NCBI RefSeq assembly: GCF_006345805.1
Contig: NC_042998.1
Span: forward strand, 184,078,001 to 184,142,000
DNA length: 64,000 nucleotides
Direction of reading: 5' to 3'
Source of the DNA: Octopus sinensis
Lineage: Eukaryota
The notes under the pieces were generated by a model. It had not been told where the DNA came from and did no database searches. It saw only the letters and a list, made by a program, of their open reading frames with translations. Below, one piece after another: positions 50,461-62,949 of this stretch. A program made the translations under genes and the position numbers. How positions within the stretch are numbered: position 1 is the stretch's first letter; the number at the start of each line of letters is the position of its first letter.

Positions 50461-50886
50461 AAATAATAGAGGAATCAGCAAGTACTGACATCCAAGATGC
50501 ATTAGGATTTCCAGTACAGCTGAAGTCATCAGTATCATTTTAATGGCTGCTTTTCCACTCGTGCATAATTACATCCAAGCAAGGTAATATTTCCCTGTGA
50601 CCAGACATGTTTTCATGGAAGATGACACTTGTTTATAGAGATCACACAAAGGCAAGGAGATAGTAACATACATACACACACACACACACACATGGACAGA
50701 GAGAGAGAGAGAGACTTCTTTCTGTTTCAGTGTATCGAATCCACTCTCAAGGCATTGGTTAGCCTGGATCGATAGTAGAAGACACTCACTCAAGGTGTCA
50801 CAGAATGGGACTGAACCTGAAACCATGTCGCTGAGAAGCAAACTTCTTACCATGCAGCCATGCCTGTGCCAACTGAAGTATATCAT

Positions 50887-51104
50887 GAGGTGGCGAGCTG
50901 GCAGAATCATTAGCACGCTGGGCGAAATGCTTAGCGGTTTTTCATCTGTCTTTATGTTCTAAGTTCAAATTCCGCTGAGGTCGACTTTGCCTTTCATCCT
51001 TTCAGGGTCGATAAATTAAGTACCTGTTGCATACTAGGGTCGATCTAATCGACTGCCCCCCTCCCCACAAAATTTCGAGCCTTGTGCCTAGAGCAGAAAA
51101 GAAT
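50887..51104 (+). mobile_element. SINE family C variant with 13-bp TSD
   Basis: TSD tgaagtatatcat at 50874-50886 and 51105-51117; alternative 3' end ...cttgtgcctagagcagaaaag. Confidence 0.9.
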
Positions 51105-52425
51105 TGAAGTATATCATAGAAAGGGGTAAACATCCATCAAATCTAGTTTTAAATGTAAATAAACAGGGGCTAGAATGGAAATGTTTATCATCTAAAGCTT
51201 ATCTCTCATAAAGGAGATAAAAAAAAAGCACCACATGTATAAAGCAATGAAAAATTGTCACTCAATGTTGTTAACAAAAAATATCACAGGAGACTTGATA
51301 TTCATTCCATTGCTTGTTTATTGACTTTGATACACCAAGGGCCATGTAAAATGCATTCAAATCTAGATTTGTTTACTGAATGATTTGCTGAATGTTTCTG
51401 TCTTTCAAGTGTTACTGTGAGAATAATAATTTTCAGCCAGCCAAAAGCACTTCTGTTTTTGAATAATACTCCTAATCAAAGCTTGAGTCATCCAAGCATG
51501 CATACCTGTTGAAATCATTTTCATTTCATCAAACACAAAATCACTACTAGAACTTATGAATCAGGAAGTTATATACATTTTCAAGGAATGTTATTTATCA
51601 AAAACACTTTATATCACTTGATTACAATGGCTGGTGATAAATATCAAAGTATTCTGGAGATATTATAGCATTATGTAATTTTAAAAAATGTGTAATTAAG
51701 AAAGAATATTAGATAAATATAATATCCCCATTTATCGATGTTTTGTTAGAACAAACAATATTGTGGTAGATATCATGTGAGAATCTCAGGTGATATCTAA
51801 TGTTTATTTCATCGTGATAATGTGTGTGTGTGAATATATGTGAATTATATGTGTGAATATATTAGTGAATTCTGATATTGTGTTTTTTAATAGGGTGATG
51901 TGTCCAGGATGAGTGTCTCCAAGGCACTGGTGCTTGTAACATTGTTACACAATCAGAACCTAAGCATTGTACTGATTACAAATAAAAGGTTCTGGGTTAC
52001 AAGAAAGGGTTTTAGGAGAGTTCATTAAGACTACCTAAGTAGCACATCTCTCTTAAAACATGATGGAATAATCTTGATAAGAAAATCTTTGATCATATAT
52101 CAACTGACTTGATGCTTAACAACAACAACAACAATAGCAGCAACAACAAAAATAACAACAACAAGACGACCCCAGTGGAATTTTAATTCAGTACTTTTAG
52201 ATTTTAACTCTAAGATAATGAATATGTAATGATACATGTTATTGGAGAAGCAGCAAACACTAAAAACAGTAATAACAGTGTAGAATGTTTAGAAATCATG
52301 AAGTGAATAAAACAAGTGTGTTCTTATATCTTGTAGCTTTGTTAGCTTTGCTAGGCTATTGTTTTGTTCTAGATTTTTCAAAAGACTTTGTAGTGGCATT
52401 CCTGGCTGACATATACATATACATA

Positions 52426-52482
<57 letters not shown>

Positions 52483-52506
52483 TATATATATATATGTACA
52501 TATATA

Positions 52507-52545
<39 letters not shown>

Positions 52546-52623
52546 ACACATATGTATATATATATATACATATATAATATATAATATATATATATATATA
52601 CACACATGTATATATATATATTA

Positions 52624-52665
<42 letters not shown>

Positions 52666-52666
<1 letters not shown>

Positions 52667-52908
52667 CATCATCATCATCATCATCTCATCATCATCATCA
52701 TCGTTTAACGTCCGTTTTCCGCGCTAGCACGGGTTGGACGGTTTCGACCGGGGTCTGGGGAGCTCGGGACTGCCCCAGGCTCCAGTCTAGTCTGGCAGTG
52801 TTTCTACAGCTGGATGCCCTTCCTAACGCCAACCACTCCGCGAGTGTAGTGGGTGTTTTTTACGTGCCACCTGCACAGGTGCCAGAGGGGTCTGGCATCG
52901 GCCACGTT
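52666..52908 (-). mobile_element. RTE family A 3'UTR fragment in (TA)n field
   Basis: Palindrome variant ccgcgctagcacgg; standard UTR. Confidence 0.88.
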
Positions 52909-52954
52909 CATACATATACATATATATATATTATATATATATTATATATATATA

Positions 52955-52993
<39 letters not shown>

Positions 52994-53074
52994 CACACAA
53001 CACACACAGAGGGAGAGAAAGAGAGGCAAACAGGCATAGAGTGATAGAGAGAGATGGAGCAAGTTCAGGGACGA

Positions 53075-53109
<35 letters not shown>

Positions 53110-53864
53110 AGGGAGAGAGAGAAAGAAAGAAGAGAGAAAGAGAGAGAGAGAGAGTAAGGGAAAAAAACCAGAGATTTCTTCAGTGTTTTTTTTGTTTTTC
53201 TTAATTGAACTGATACAGTAGACAATGCAGTGAATCTATATGTGTTGTCCATAGTCGTTTGCAGCGATAGATCATTAAATGTAGGTACAAACATAATACA
53301 TTTTCTAAGGTGTCCAAATCAATGTTACTGATTGAATCTGTAATAATAGAGAGTTTGGCATTTCTAGTCAGTTGATAATATTTTTAGAACTTCTTACAGT
53401 AAATGTGCTTTGCTTTTGTTCCCTATCCTCTTAATGTTGTAATTATCACCCTCCCCACTACATATTTTCTATATTTTATAATGACTTGGTTAGCCTTGTG
53501 AAGTTGAAAATTCAGAAGTGCTTCTATAAGAATCTGATTTAAAGTTGTATTAACTTGAAGCATCTATTAAAGTGATGTATAATTAAGACGAGCTGAATGG
53601 TGTGTTTTGTTATAAATTAAGAACATTACTATAAATAATTTCTGTTTCATATTTTTTTGTGCCATTTATGAAAGTCATTGCATAAGTTTGTTTCACAACC
53701 ATGTGTGTTTTTTTGTATCCAGCTTTCTATGTGATACTCTGGGCAAGTGTCTTTTACTATAGCCTTAGCCTTAGGCTGACTAATGTGGCATGAGTGAAAC
53801 CTGGTAGATGGAAATTGTATGGAAGCCTATCATGTATGTGTATGTATGTATGTATGTATGTATG

Positions 53865-54290
53865 TATGTATGCAGTGTCTGTGCAAGACCCTGCCTCAGT
53901 AAAGCTGGACTCAAGAGTCATCTTCAAAGTCATAAAGCGAGACAGATGAGTGACAACCTGGCCACCGGTGGTGGTGTTACACCCCATACTAATCATATCT
54001 GTCAGGCATGTGGAAGAGAGTGTAACTCGGCAGGAGGACTTAAACGACATGCAAAGGTACATGAAGCCCAGTTACAACTACAGCCAGCTACAGCCGATAA
54101 AGGTTTTAGCTGCCAATTCTGTACAAGACATTGTAGATCTTTAGCTGGGCTAAAAAGTCACATTCAATCACAGCACCAATAACAGTTAAGCTTCGTGCAA
54201 TGGCCATACTCGATAATGAGGGGGCAGCCATCGTGTATGTATGTATGTATGTATGTATGTATGTATGTATGTATGTATGTATGTATGTAT
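53865..54290 (+). mobile_element. Probable RTE 3' end encoding three C2H2-type zinc fingers, (TATG)n tail
   Basis: CSVCARPCLSKAGLKSHLQSH, CQACGRECNSAGGLKRHAKVH, CQFCTRHCRSLAGLKSHIQSQH; short UTR; flanked by (TATG)n on both sides; no TGEKP linkers. Confidence 0.72.
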
Positions 54291-54336
54291 CTATCTATCT
54301 ATCTATCTATCTAACTATCTATCTATCTATCTATCG

Positions 54337-54414
<78 letters not shown>

Positions 54415-54424
54415 ATTTATCTAT

Positions 54425-54760
54425 GTCTACATACATACACTGGGATTGCTCCATCTTCACAGATGATTGCTGTTTCTCTGAGCTTCCTTGTTGCCAGTGA
54501 TGCTTCTGACATTCCATCTATGACCTCTCAGATGACTTTTCAGTTCTGCTGCAGATCTGCATCGTCTTAAGAATAGGTGACAAACAAAAGACATAACTTC
54601 CTCTGGATTGATTGGGTCATTTTGTGAGATGTGTTCTCCATGAACTGCCATGTGTTTCTCCAGACTTGAAATCAAGAAACAAACCCTCTTGCACTACACC
54701 TGCCAAATCACCAAGTCTCAGAGGAAGGACATTACATACAGTTGATCTTTCCTTCATACT
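54425..54760 (-). mobile_element. Second, diverged C2H2-finger RTE 3' end
   Basis: SLEKHMAVH and FVCHLFLRRCRSAAELKSHLRGH; short UTR then gtgtatgtatg. Confidence 0.62.
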
Positions 54761-54909
54761 TACACACACACACACACATACACACACAAAATATATAGAT
54801 CGAAGGTGATCCAAAATATGTATATACACATTGAATAATTGTAAAGTCAGTCAATATCATCATTATCATCGTTTAACGTCTGCTTTCCATGCTAGCATGG
54901 GTTGGACGA

Positions 54910-56493
54910 ATCAGTGTTTATCAAAATACATTTCATTTTCAAAATTTGATAAAATCTTCAGGCAGAATTTAATTTTTTAATGAATGCTTGTTTTCAAACT
55001 AATTACTATTCTGCTCCAGGCATTGCTGATAACATGAAGCAATGGAATTTCAAACATCAACATACATTTCATTCAGTAATTGAGAGCATTCTTGTTCAAT
55101 GGCTGTCCTCAATTCATTAACTGTTGCTGTAAACTTTATCTTTTTAGCATCTCTACAAAGAAAAATTCTAGTGGTGTGAGGTCCAGTGAATGTAGAGGGT
55201 ATTCTACTAAACCACTTTGTCCAATTCACCTGTTTGGTAAAATCTCATGAAAGTAGGCTCTTACATTACTAGTTTTGTGTGGAATTTTCCAATATGACTC
55301 CACACCTGCAAGGTCCTTGAATGACAGATTCATCATCATCATCGTCATGCCAAGCCTTGAATGACAAGGCTTGGCATGACAGATTGTTACAAGTTCAAGA
55401 ATACTGGTCCAGTTACAGTACTGTCAAAAGAGAATGGTCCAATTAATCCTTTTGGTGATAAGTAGCACCATGTTATAATTCCTGGTAAATTAACAAGATA
55501 TTCCTCTATAATATACAGATTCTCAAATGTCCAGTTGATGTTATTCATCATCATCATCGTTTAACGTCCACTTTCCATGCTAGCATGGGTTGGACGATTT
55601 TGACTGAGGGCTGGCAAACCAGATGGCTGCAACAGGCTCCAGTCTTGATCTGGCAGAGTTTCTACAGCTGGATGCCCTTCCTAACACCAACCATTCTGAG
55701 AGTGTAGTGGGTGCTTTTTACATGCCACCGGCACGGAGTCAGTCAGGCAGTACTGGCAATGACCTCGCTCGAATCTTTTTACACACGCCACCGGCACAGG
55801 TGCCAGTAAGGCGACGCTGGTAGCGATCACGCTCAAATGGTGCCTTTTACGTGCCACCGGCACGGAAGCCAGTTAGCCTCTGTGGAAACGATCACGCTTG
55901 GATGGTGCTCTTGTGTGTTATTGTGGTGGATAATTGAGCCATTTTGTTGAAATGTAACTTGATTACTTCAAACAACCTTTGTTGAAAAGTGTGAATCTTC
56001 AATACACCTTGTCAAGTGTTACTCACAAAACTCCACTCATCTTCATTGAGAACCTGAACTATTCTTGGAGTGCAACTTTTCTAATCTCAGTTCTTTGAAA
56101 TGTGACGGCTGCTTGATTTTGAAATTCCTATCTCATGACTTGCTTGCCGCACAAATTTTCTTGAACTATGACAATATATTTCTAGTACCCATTCTTGTTT
56201 TGTGGGGCCTGTCAGTGTCTACCAGAACGTTTCTTGTGTTCATCCTGAACAGTCCCATCTGCTTCAAACTTATCTATAATTAAAATGATGGTAAGTTGCA
56301 GAAGTGGATCTGTTTGAAACTCCTTCCTAAACTGTCTTTGCACTTCAACTGTTTTCAAACTTCCAATAGCATTTTAGTTAAAGCTTAGTTTGACTCTCTT
56401 CACTAATTCTAATGGCTTTAAATTTAAAAAGAGATGAAAAGTAAGTGTTATTAGCTGTTAAAACGTATATATGTTTTTGAGACACCCCATGTA
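54910..56493 (-). mobile_element. Decayed Tc1/mariner element (rosa/DD41D-like motifs)
   Basis: DKFEADGTVQD..K.RSGR; [39 protein letters not shown]; EYPLHSLDLTPLEFF; TIR-like gtttttgagacaccccatgta near 56475-56493. Confidence 0.8.
55546..55915 (-). mobile_element. RTE family A 3'UTR inserted in the mariner ORF
   Basis: TSD tgttatt 55539-55545/55916-55922; removal restores [12 protein letters not shown]. Confidence 0.9.
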
Positions 56494-56739
56494 TCTGTGT
56501 GTGTGTGTGTCTGTATGTGTGATTTCATGTGTGAGCACTTGTTTCTATATATCTCTACATTGACACTGTTTGTGCAAAAATGGTAAAATTGTTTATGCCT
56601 TCAATAAACAAAATGTTCCATAGCCCTGTAGTTTCATTGTTTTCAATATCTGAGGATCAGTGAAAAAAAACAAAACCTTACTTACAAAACAAGTAAGTGT
56701 TGCTAACTGGAAGGACATCAGGTTTAAGAAAACTGCTTC

Positions 56740-56758
56740 GATGACGATAATGATGATA

Positions 56759-56792
<34 letters not shown>

Positions 56793-56912
56793 CGACGATG
56801 ATAGTGGTGGTGGTAGTGGTGGTGGTGGTGGTGGTGGTGGTGGTGGTGATGATGACGACAATGATGATGATGATGAAGAGGAGGACAATCATGATGGCGA
56901 TGGTGATGATAA
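56740..56912. repeat. (GAT)n/(GGT)n trinucleotide tract
   Basis: Direct reading; follows a very diverged RTE-tail-like stretch. Confidence 0.9.
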
Positions 56913-57471
56913 TTTATATTTAACTATATTTTTAGAAAAATATCGGATAAATGTGATATGTATGTATATATATATATATGTACATGTAAGAAAATATACT
57001 ATTTTTACATATTTAATTACTCATACTCAAACAGAAAAATAACTACCAATCCTCTTAAATGCCAACCAGTGACAAAATTAATCAGTCTATTGGATTTTTT
57101 TTTTCGTATTATTGGTTTGGTTTAGCAGAAAGGTTGTGCCCAAATCTTCTACATGCCTGCCTTCCAAATCAATGAAACTGTAAGAGTTATGATACAAATT
57201 GATCACTATAGATGAATTAATGTAAGCAAATCCATGCAAAGCAGATTAGGTTAGCTTTCCTATGCATCATTTTTGTAATCCATAATTCCAAGGGGTAATA
57301 TTCCAATCACAAGCGTGTTTCACACTTTAGAAGCTGTTGGCTCATGCAGTTGATTTATTCTTCTTTTATAATAAAGGACTTCATTTCCATCACAAGTTAA
57401 TATGAATGAGCAGAGGAGTCTTGGAATCTCATGTAATTTTACTGTTAGTATTTATCATAACAATTTAAGAT

Positions 57472-58109
57472 ATGGAGTCCTTTGTCTACCTGGGTCCAAC
57501 GGTGGTTCCAACAGGTCAGGGTGCAGCTGAGGTCGAGCGTCACATAGGTGCTGCCAGATCTGCATTCGTACACCTCCAGTGGTTCCTGTGGGACAGAAGA
57601 GAGATCTCCTCAGTGACCAAAGGGTGAATCTACCAGGCTGTCGTTCGTACTATCCTCCTCTATGGTTGTGAAACATGGCCTATGAGGGTAGTCGATCAGC
57701 GAAGGCTGGAGGTGTTCGACAATGACTGTCTCTGCCACATTCTTCGCTGCCGACGCATTGATCGGGTTCCTACAGCCGGTCTTTGTCATTGCCTGAATCT
57801 CCAGCCCCTCCCTTCGGTGCTTCTACAACGGCGCTTAAGGTGGTTTGGTCATGCGGCACAGCGTCCAGAGAGTGAGTTGATTCACGATGTCCTTCTCTCA
57901 CCTCCACTTCCCAACTGGCGCAAACGCACAGGCGGGAAGCTGAAAACATGGGCAACGATGATAAAGGAGGACCTCTCCGAACTCTCAGGTCTGCAGGTGG
58001 TCTGTCTACACATATAAACCACGAATGATTCGTGATGCCGTCAAGACCAGAGAAGAAGCCGGCTCAACCCACCCTAGGTGAACGCTGTCACAAGTACAAG
58101 TAAGTAAGT
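57472..58109 (+). mobile_element. GC-rich RTE LINE 3' end (distinct family) with 15-bp TSD
   Basis: SFVYLG...IYQAVVRTILLYGCETW...RRLRWFGHA...WRKRTGGKLKTW; tail caagta(agta)n; TSD ataacaatttaagat 57457-57471/58110-58124. Confidence 0.92.
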
Positions 58110-58204
58110 ATAACAATTTAAGATGATTATAGATTGTTCCAATACAATACTTTCTACACAACCAAAGAAAGAGCATTTTGAAGAAATGACAATAAGTTAG
58201 TAAT

Positions 58205-58600
58205 TCAGGCTCTGTGGTAAGAAGTTTGCTTCCCAACCATATGGAGTGGAACCTGGACAAGTGTCTTCTGCTATAGCCCCAGTCTGATCAAAGTCATGTG
58301 AGTAGATTTGATAGAGGGAAACTGAAAGAAGCTCATCTTATATATATATATACATATGCATATATCTACGTGTGTGTGTGTTTCTATATGTCTGTGTTTG
58401 TTCCCCACCACCACTTGACAACCAGTGTTGGTTTGTTTACCTCCTCATAACTTAGCAGTTCAGCAAAGGAGATAGAATAGATATGTGGCTTAAAAAATGT
58501 ACTAGGCTCAATTTGTTTGCCTAAATCCTTCAAGGTGGTGCCCCAGCAAGGCCATACTCCAATGACTGAAACAATACGAAAAATAAAAGGTAAAAGATAC
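58205..58600 (+). mobile_element. SINE family B, diverged
   Basis: Head, central microsatellite and tail all recognisable. Confidence 0.78.
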
Positions 58601-59075
58601 AAAAATAAATCAAAAAGATTTTCATTAACAATGCAAAAAATAACAAAATAACATATAACTATTCCAAAAATAGCATTCCTCTCCTTTTTTGGATGGTGAG
58701 GATTTTTAGAATTGTCAGTTGCATTTATAGTAAAATGATGATTTGATTGGTTTCCAGCAGCTACTGCTTCCAAATTTATGTTAATATCATTGCCATTGTT
58801 ATCCTCACATTGTGTAACACGAATTTTGTCCTTGCATAGCAACTGTTATTTCCTATTTGCTTACTCCTCGAAAGTATGACAACGGCTAATATTTCCTTCA
58901 AACTTTGCTTTTGCTATATTTATTCAAACCCTAAAGAATCCCTCTCAACACATGGCTATGATGCTCCCCCACTACTCCTGCTCAAGATCAGAGATGTACA
59001 TATTGTAAGCCACTAAGGGACATGCTCAAGTGGTTAAGGTTAAGCAACTGACAAGCAAATCTATGGTATTGGGCA

Positions 59076-59299
59076 AACTGGCAGAATCGTTAGCACGCCG
59101 GGCGAAATGCTTAGCGGTATTTAGTCTGCCGCTACGTTCTGAGTTCAAATTCCGCCGAGGTTGACTTTGCCTTTCATCCTTTCGGGGTCGATTAAATAAG
59201 TACCAGTTACGCACTGGGGTTGATATAATCGACTTAATCCGTTTGTCTGTCCTTGTTTGTCCTCTCTGTGTTTAGCCCCTTGTGGGTAGTAAAGAAATA
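59076..59299 (+). mobile_element. SINE family C with 11-bp TSD, inserted in another repeat
   Basis: TSD ggtattgggca 59065-59075/59300-59310; host repeat aagaatccct..caacacatggctatgatg also at 62259. Confidence 0.9.
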
Positions 59300-61296
59300 G
59301 GTATTGGGCAGAATATTTGCTCCAATGACATTTCTGTTTCAGCAACTCAGTGCCGTGTCTGTTTGAAATGTAATGGAAAATAGGTCAGTTTCAAAACATT
59401 GATGTCCAGGTCACAAACACAGAGTTTGAAGGGAATAGTAGTCATTTCCTTTGATTTCTAAACAGAAGTAAATAGGAAATAACATTAACTGACCAAAAAC
59501 AAATAATATATATATATATTGTTACACTGTTATTGCTGTATAAGTAGTTATATTACAGTAAAGGTTTGTAGTTTTTATTTGTGTTATCTTTAGTTTTGTA
59601 TTCAACTCAAGATAAATGGATTGCTGAGATTGTATCACATTCCCTGTTGTAAATAGAATTAAGATATAATAGTAGGAAAATACTTCTGTCATTGGTGTTT
59701 TTATTAAGATTTACTGATTTCTAAAAGGAAATCCAATTCAGTAGGAGTTTTACCAATGTCAGAGAATCAAGGATAAAAAAATCATCTGACCTTTTTAGTT
59801 TAGAACAATATGCAAAGTTAAACACCACACTAGGAGGTTTAACACACTAGGAAGCCTAGTTTAACACTAGGCATGTTTAAGACACTAGGAAGCAATGATT
59901 ATTAAAGTGACTGTGAGTTATTTATCCTATTGTTTTATCATTCTTTTTCCTCTCATTTTTATTTATGAGGCATAAGAGTAGTTTTCCAAATTATTCCATT
60001 GTGCCATTCATTTTGTGTATTTAATGAAAATTAATAAGTTGTCCCTCTAGCTTTATGAATCTTCTTAAAAATTCCAAAAATTCAATATTATTAAATTAGG
60101 TGCCACAGTTACTTTAATTAAAGCTCGGATCTCTGAATAAAGTGAATTATAAGGAGAAACATTTAAAATTAGCTTGCAAAGTTGCTTTGCTTAAGGCAAA
60201 TGAAGAGTAGTAATTTGTAAACTCATTAAGTACAGTTGAATATAATAGCTACCCATTTTAATAATTGGCATTGGTCCAAGAATAATAAGAATCATTCAAT
60301 GTTGAAGTTTTATTGATAATATAAATTGGCTAAAGGCAACTTCAATGAAATGATGCTTTAATTTGGACATATATCAGGCATGACTGTGTGGTTAAGAAGT
60401 TTGCTTCAGAATCATATGGTTTTGAGTTCAGTCCTACAGTGTGACATCTTAAGCAAGCGATACCTGTTATAACTTTGGCTTGTCTAATGCATTGTGATGG
60501 AATTTGATTGACAGAAACTGTGCAGAAGCTCATGTTGTATGTGTAGATGTGTGTATGTGTATGTATGTGTGTTTCTGTGTATGTGTGTGTGTGCATGTGT
60601 TTGTGTGTGTGTTTTTGTGTGTGAGTATGCATGTGCTTTTGTGTGTGTGTATGCATGAGTGTGTTTGTTTCTGTGTTTGTGTGTATGTGCATCTGCATGT
60701 GTGTATGTGTGTCTGTGTGTGTGTGTGCATCTGCATGTGTGTGTGTATGAATGATGGTGACATGAATATTAACATTCAGTGCTTTGCTCATCTCTGTCTC
60801 AGTGAAACAGTGACAGGATGTTTACATTCTTTATTGACATTATGACTATGCTTTCAAAGACCAGTGGACTAAAGTAATTCTTTACTTGCAAAAAAGTATG
60901 TAAAAGGTTGGTGATTAGGTAAATCTTCCAGCTATAAAAATTCTGCCTCAAAATAAGTCTCTGTCTATTCCATGTTGGAGTAGAAAAATAGATATTTTTA
61001 CAAATGAATGAAATGAATAAATACAATGATCTAATTTGCTCTTATTTGTTATTAGGTTATTACAAACAAGTATTTTCATATAAGCAATTTGTCTATCTAG
61101 GTGCAGGGTTTGCTGTGTGGTTAAGAAATTTGCTTTAGAATCAGGTGGTTTGGGTTCTGTGCCACTGTGTGAATGTTGTCACTTGGCATTCTGTACTACA
61201 GCCATTCAACCAATAATTTGTGAGTGGAATTGCTAGACAGAAACTGAAGAAGTCTGTCGAATACACACACACAACACACACACACACAGACACACA

Positions 61297-61327
<31 letters not shown>

Positions 61328-61387
61328 TTGGGTGATGGTGTTGGCTGCAGCTTCCTTTATGGTGTTGGCATTGATGAACCTGTAGAC

Positions 61388-61454
61388 CAGTGGTTCCGAA
61401 CCCTTTTATTTAAATGAGTTTTTCTATGGACCCCTTTTAATATGCTTATCCTTA

Positions 61455-61550
<96 letters not shown>

Positions 61551-61654
61551 TGTGTGTGTGTATGTGTGTGTGAAATTCTGAATTTAGTTCATGGGCCCCA
61601 GTACTACCTTTGTGGACCATCAGGGGTCTGCAGACCCCAGATCGGGAACCTCTG
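61388..61654. mobile_element. hAT (Charlie-like) MITE with internal microsatellite
   Basis: TIRs cagtggttccgaac / gatcgggaacctctg; 8-bp flanks ctgtagac/ccggagac (6/8); subterminal palindrome ggggtctgcagacccc. Confidence 0.72.
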
Positions 61655-61899
61655 CCGGAGACCAATTCTTGCATTGACGAGTTGATGCCATTGACTGCAT
61701 GGCAATGATATTGGAGGACGAGGTTGATTTTGTTGAGACTTTCTCTCCTGTTGTTTGATTTCTTCCTTAAATAAATGACAAAGGAACAGGAAATTATACA
61801 GTGAACTTCATTAGCTTACAGCTGTTTCTTCTAATGAAGATCATGGCATATATCCTGTTCCTTTGCCATTATCTATTTTCATGTTATGTTCATGTTATA

Positions 61900-62240
61900 A
61901 GGCGCATGGCTCAGTGGTTAGAGCATCGAGCTTACGATCGAGAGGTTGTGAGCTCGAATCCCGGACCGGGCTGCGTGTTGTGTTCTTGAGCAAGACACTT
62001 TATTTCACGTTGCTCCAGTTCACTCAGCTGTAGAAATGAGTTGCGACGTCATAGGTGCCAAGCTGTATCGACCTTTGTCTTTCCCTTGGATAACACTGGT
62101 GGCGTGGAGAGGGGAGGCCGGTATGCATGGGCGACTACTGGTCTTCCATAAAACAACCTTGCCCAGACTTGTGCCTCAGAGGGTAACTCTCTAGGTGCAA
62201 ACCCATTGTCACTCATGACCGAAGGGGGTCTTTACCCTTT
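61900..62240 (+). mobile_element. SINE family E (tRNA head + CORE-like domain), young
   Basis: tggctcagtggttag (A box), gctcgaatcc (B box), cttgagcaagacacttt...ctcagctgtagaaatgag. Confidence 0.85.
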
Positions 62241-62426
62241 TGTTATGTTCTGTACTCAAGAATCCCTCAACACATGGCTATGATGTTCGCTTTATTTCGA
62301 AGCATATGTGTATCAATTTCTAACACCAGGTTATTAGTGTCACGATATCTAAGCAAAACTCTAAAATATGTGTGTATGTGTGTGTGTGTGTATGTGTGTG
62401 TGTATGTGGTGTGTGTGTGTGCGTGC

Positions 62427-62478
<52 letters not shown>

Positions 62479-62584
62479 GTGCATGCATGTGTATGTATGT
62501 CCATTTTTAATTCAGTGCAAAATTCTGTCTGACCAATGCAAGCATGGAAAAGAGGACATTAAAAATATGTGATGATGATGATGA

Positions 62585-62710
62585 TTCATGTACTTATTGC
62601 AGCAGTCCTTCAGTTTTTCTAAGCCCTGTAAAAGAACTCAGAAGGTTGAGCCACCAGCCAGGCCTTTCAAGATACCCTTAAAGCCAAGAACTTTTCAGCA
62701 CCCACATTCA
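62585..62710 (-). mobile_element. mariner-derived non-autonomous fragment
   Basis: gggtgctgaaaagttcttggc TIR-like end and GLEKLKDCCNKYMN resembling a mariner C-terminus. Confidence 0.55.
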
Positions 62711-62949
62711 AATTCTCTCTTTTTAAACAGCATCACACTTCATATGAAAACTTTGGGAGCTGTATTCTCCAACAGCACAATTTAATATTATTGACAGCAG
62801 ATTTAGGTTGCAATCAGATAGAATAGCTGTTGCTTTTTGTTTTGTAACAAGTTTGAATTTTTGTGTTAAAAGTTATGTCATATTTTATCAACTGATTTGA
62901 CTATTGCAAATGCTTATTTACTCTAAAGCAAGTGAGGCTGCTTCCTGCA

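Noticed and set aside
50495-50540. Minus-strand CTGATGA-CTTCAG..CTG-GAAA
   Set aside because: Stem II register is wrong and no stem I forms.
51893-52028. Acceptor ttttttaatag followed by a 44-codon frame
   Set aside because: No recognisable motif or partner exon; expected by chance.
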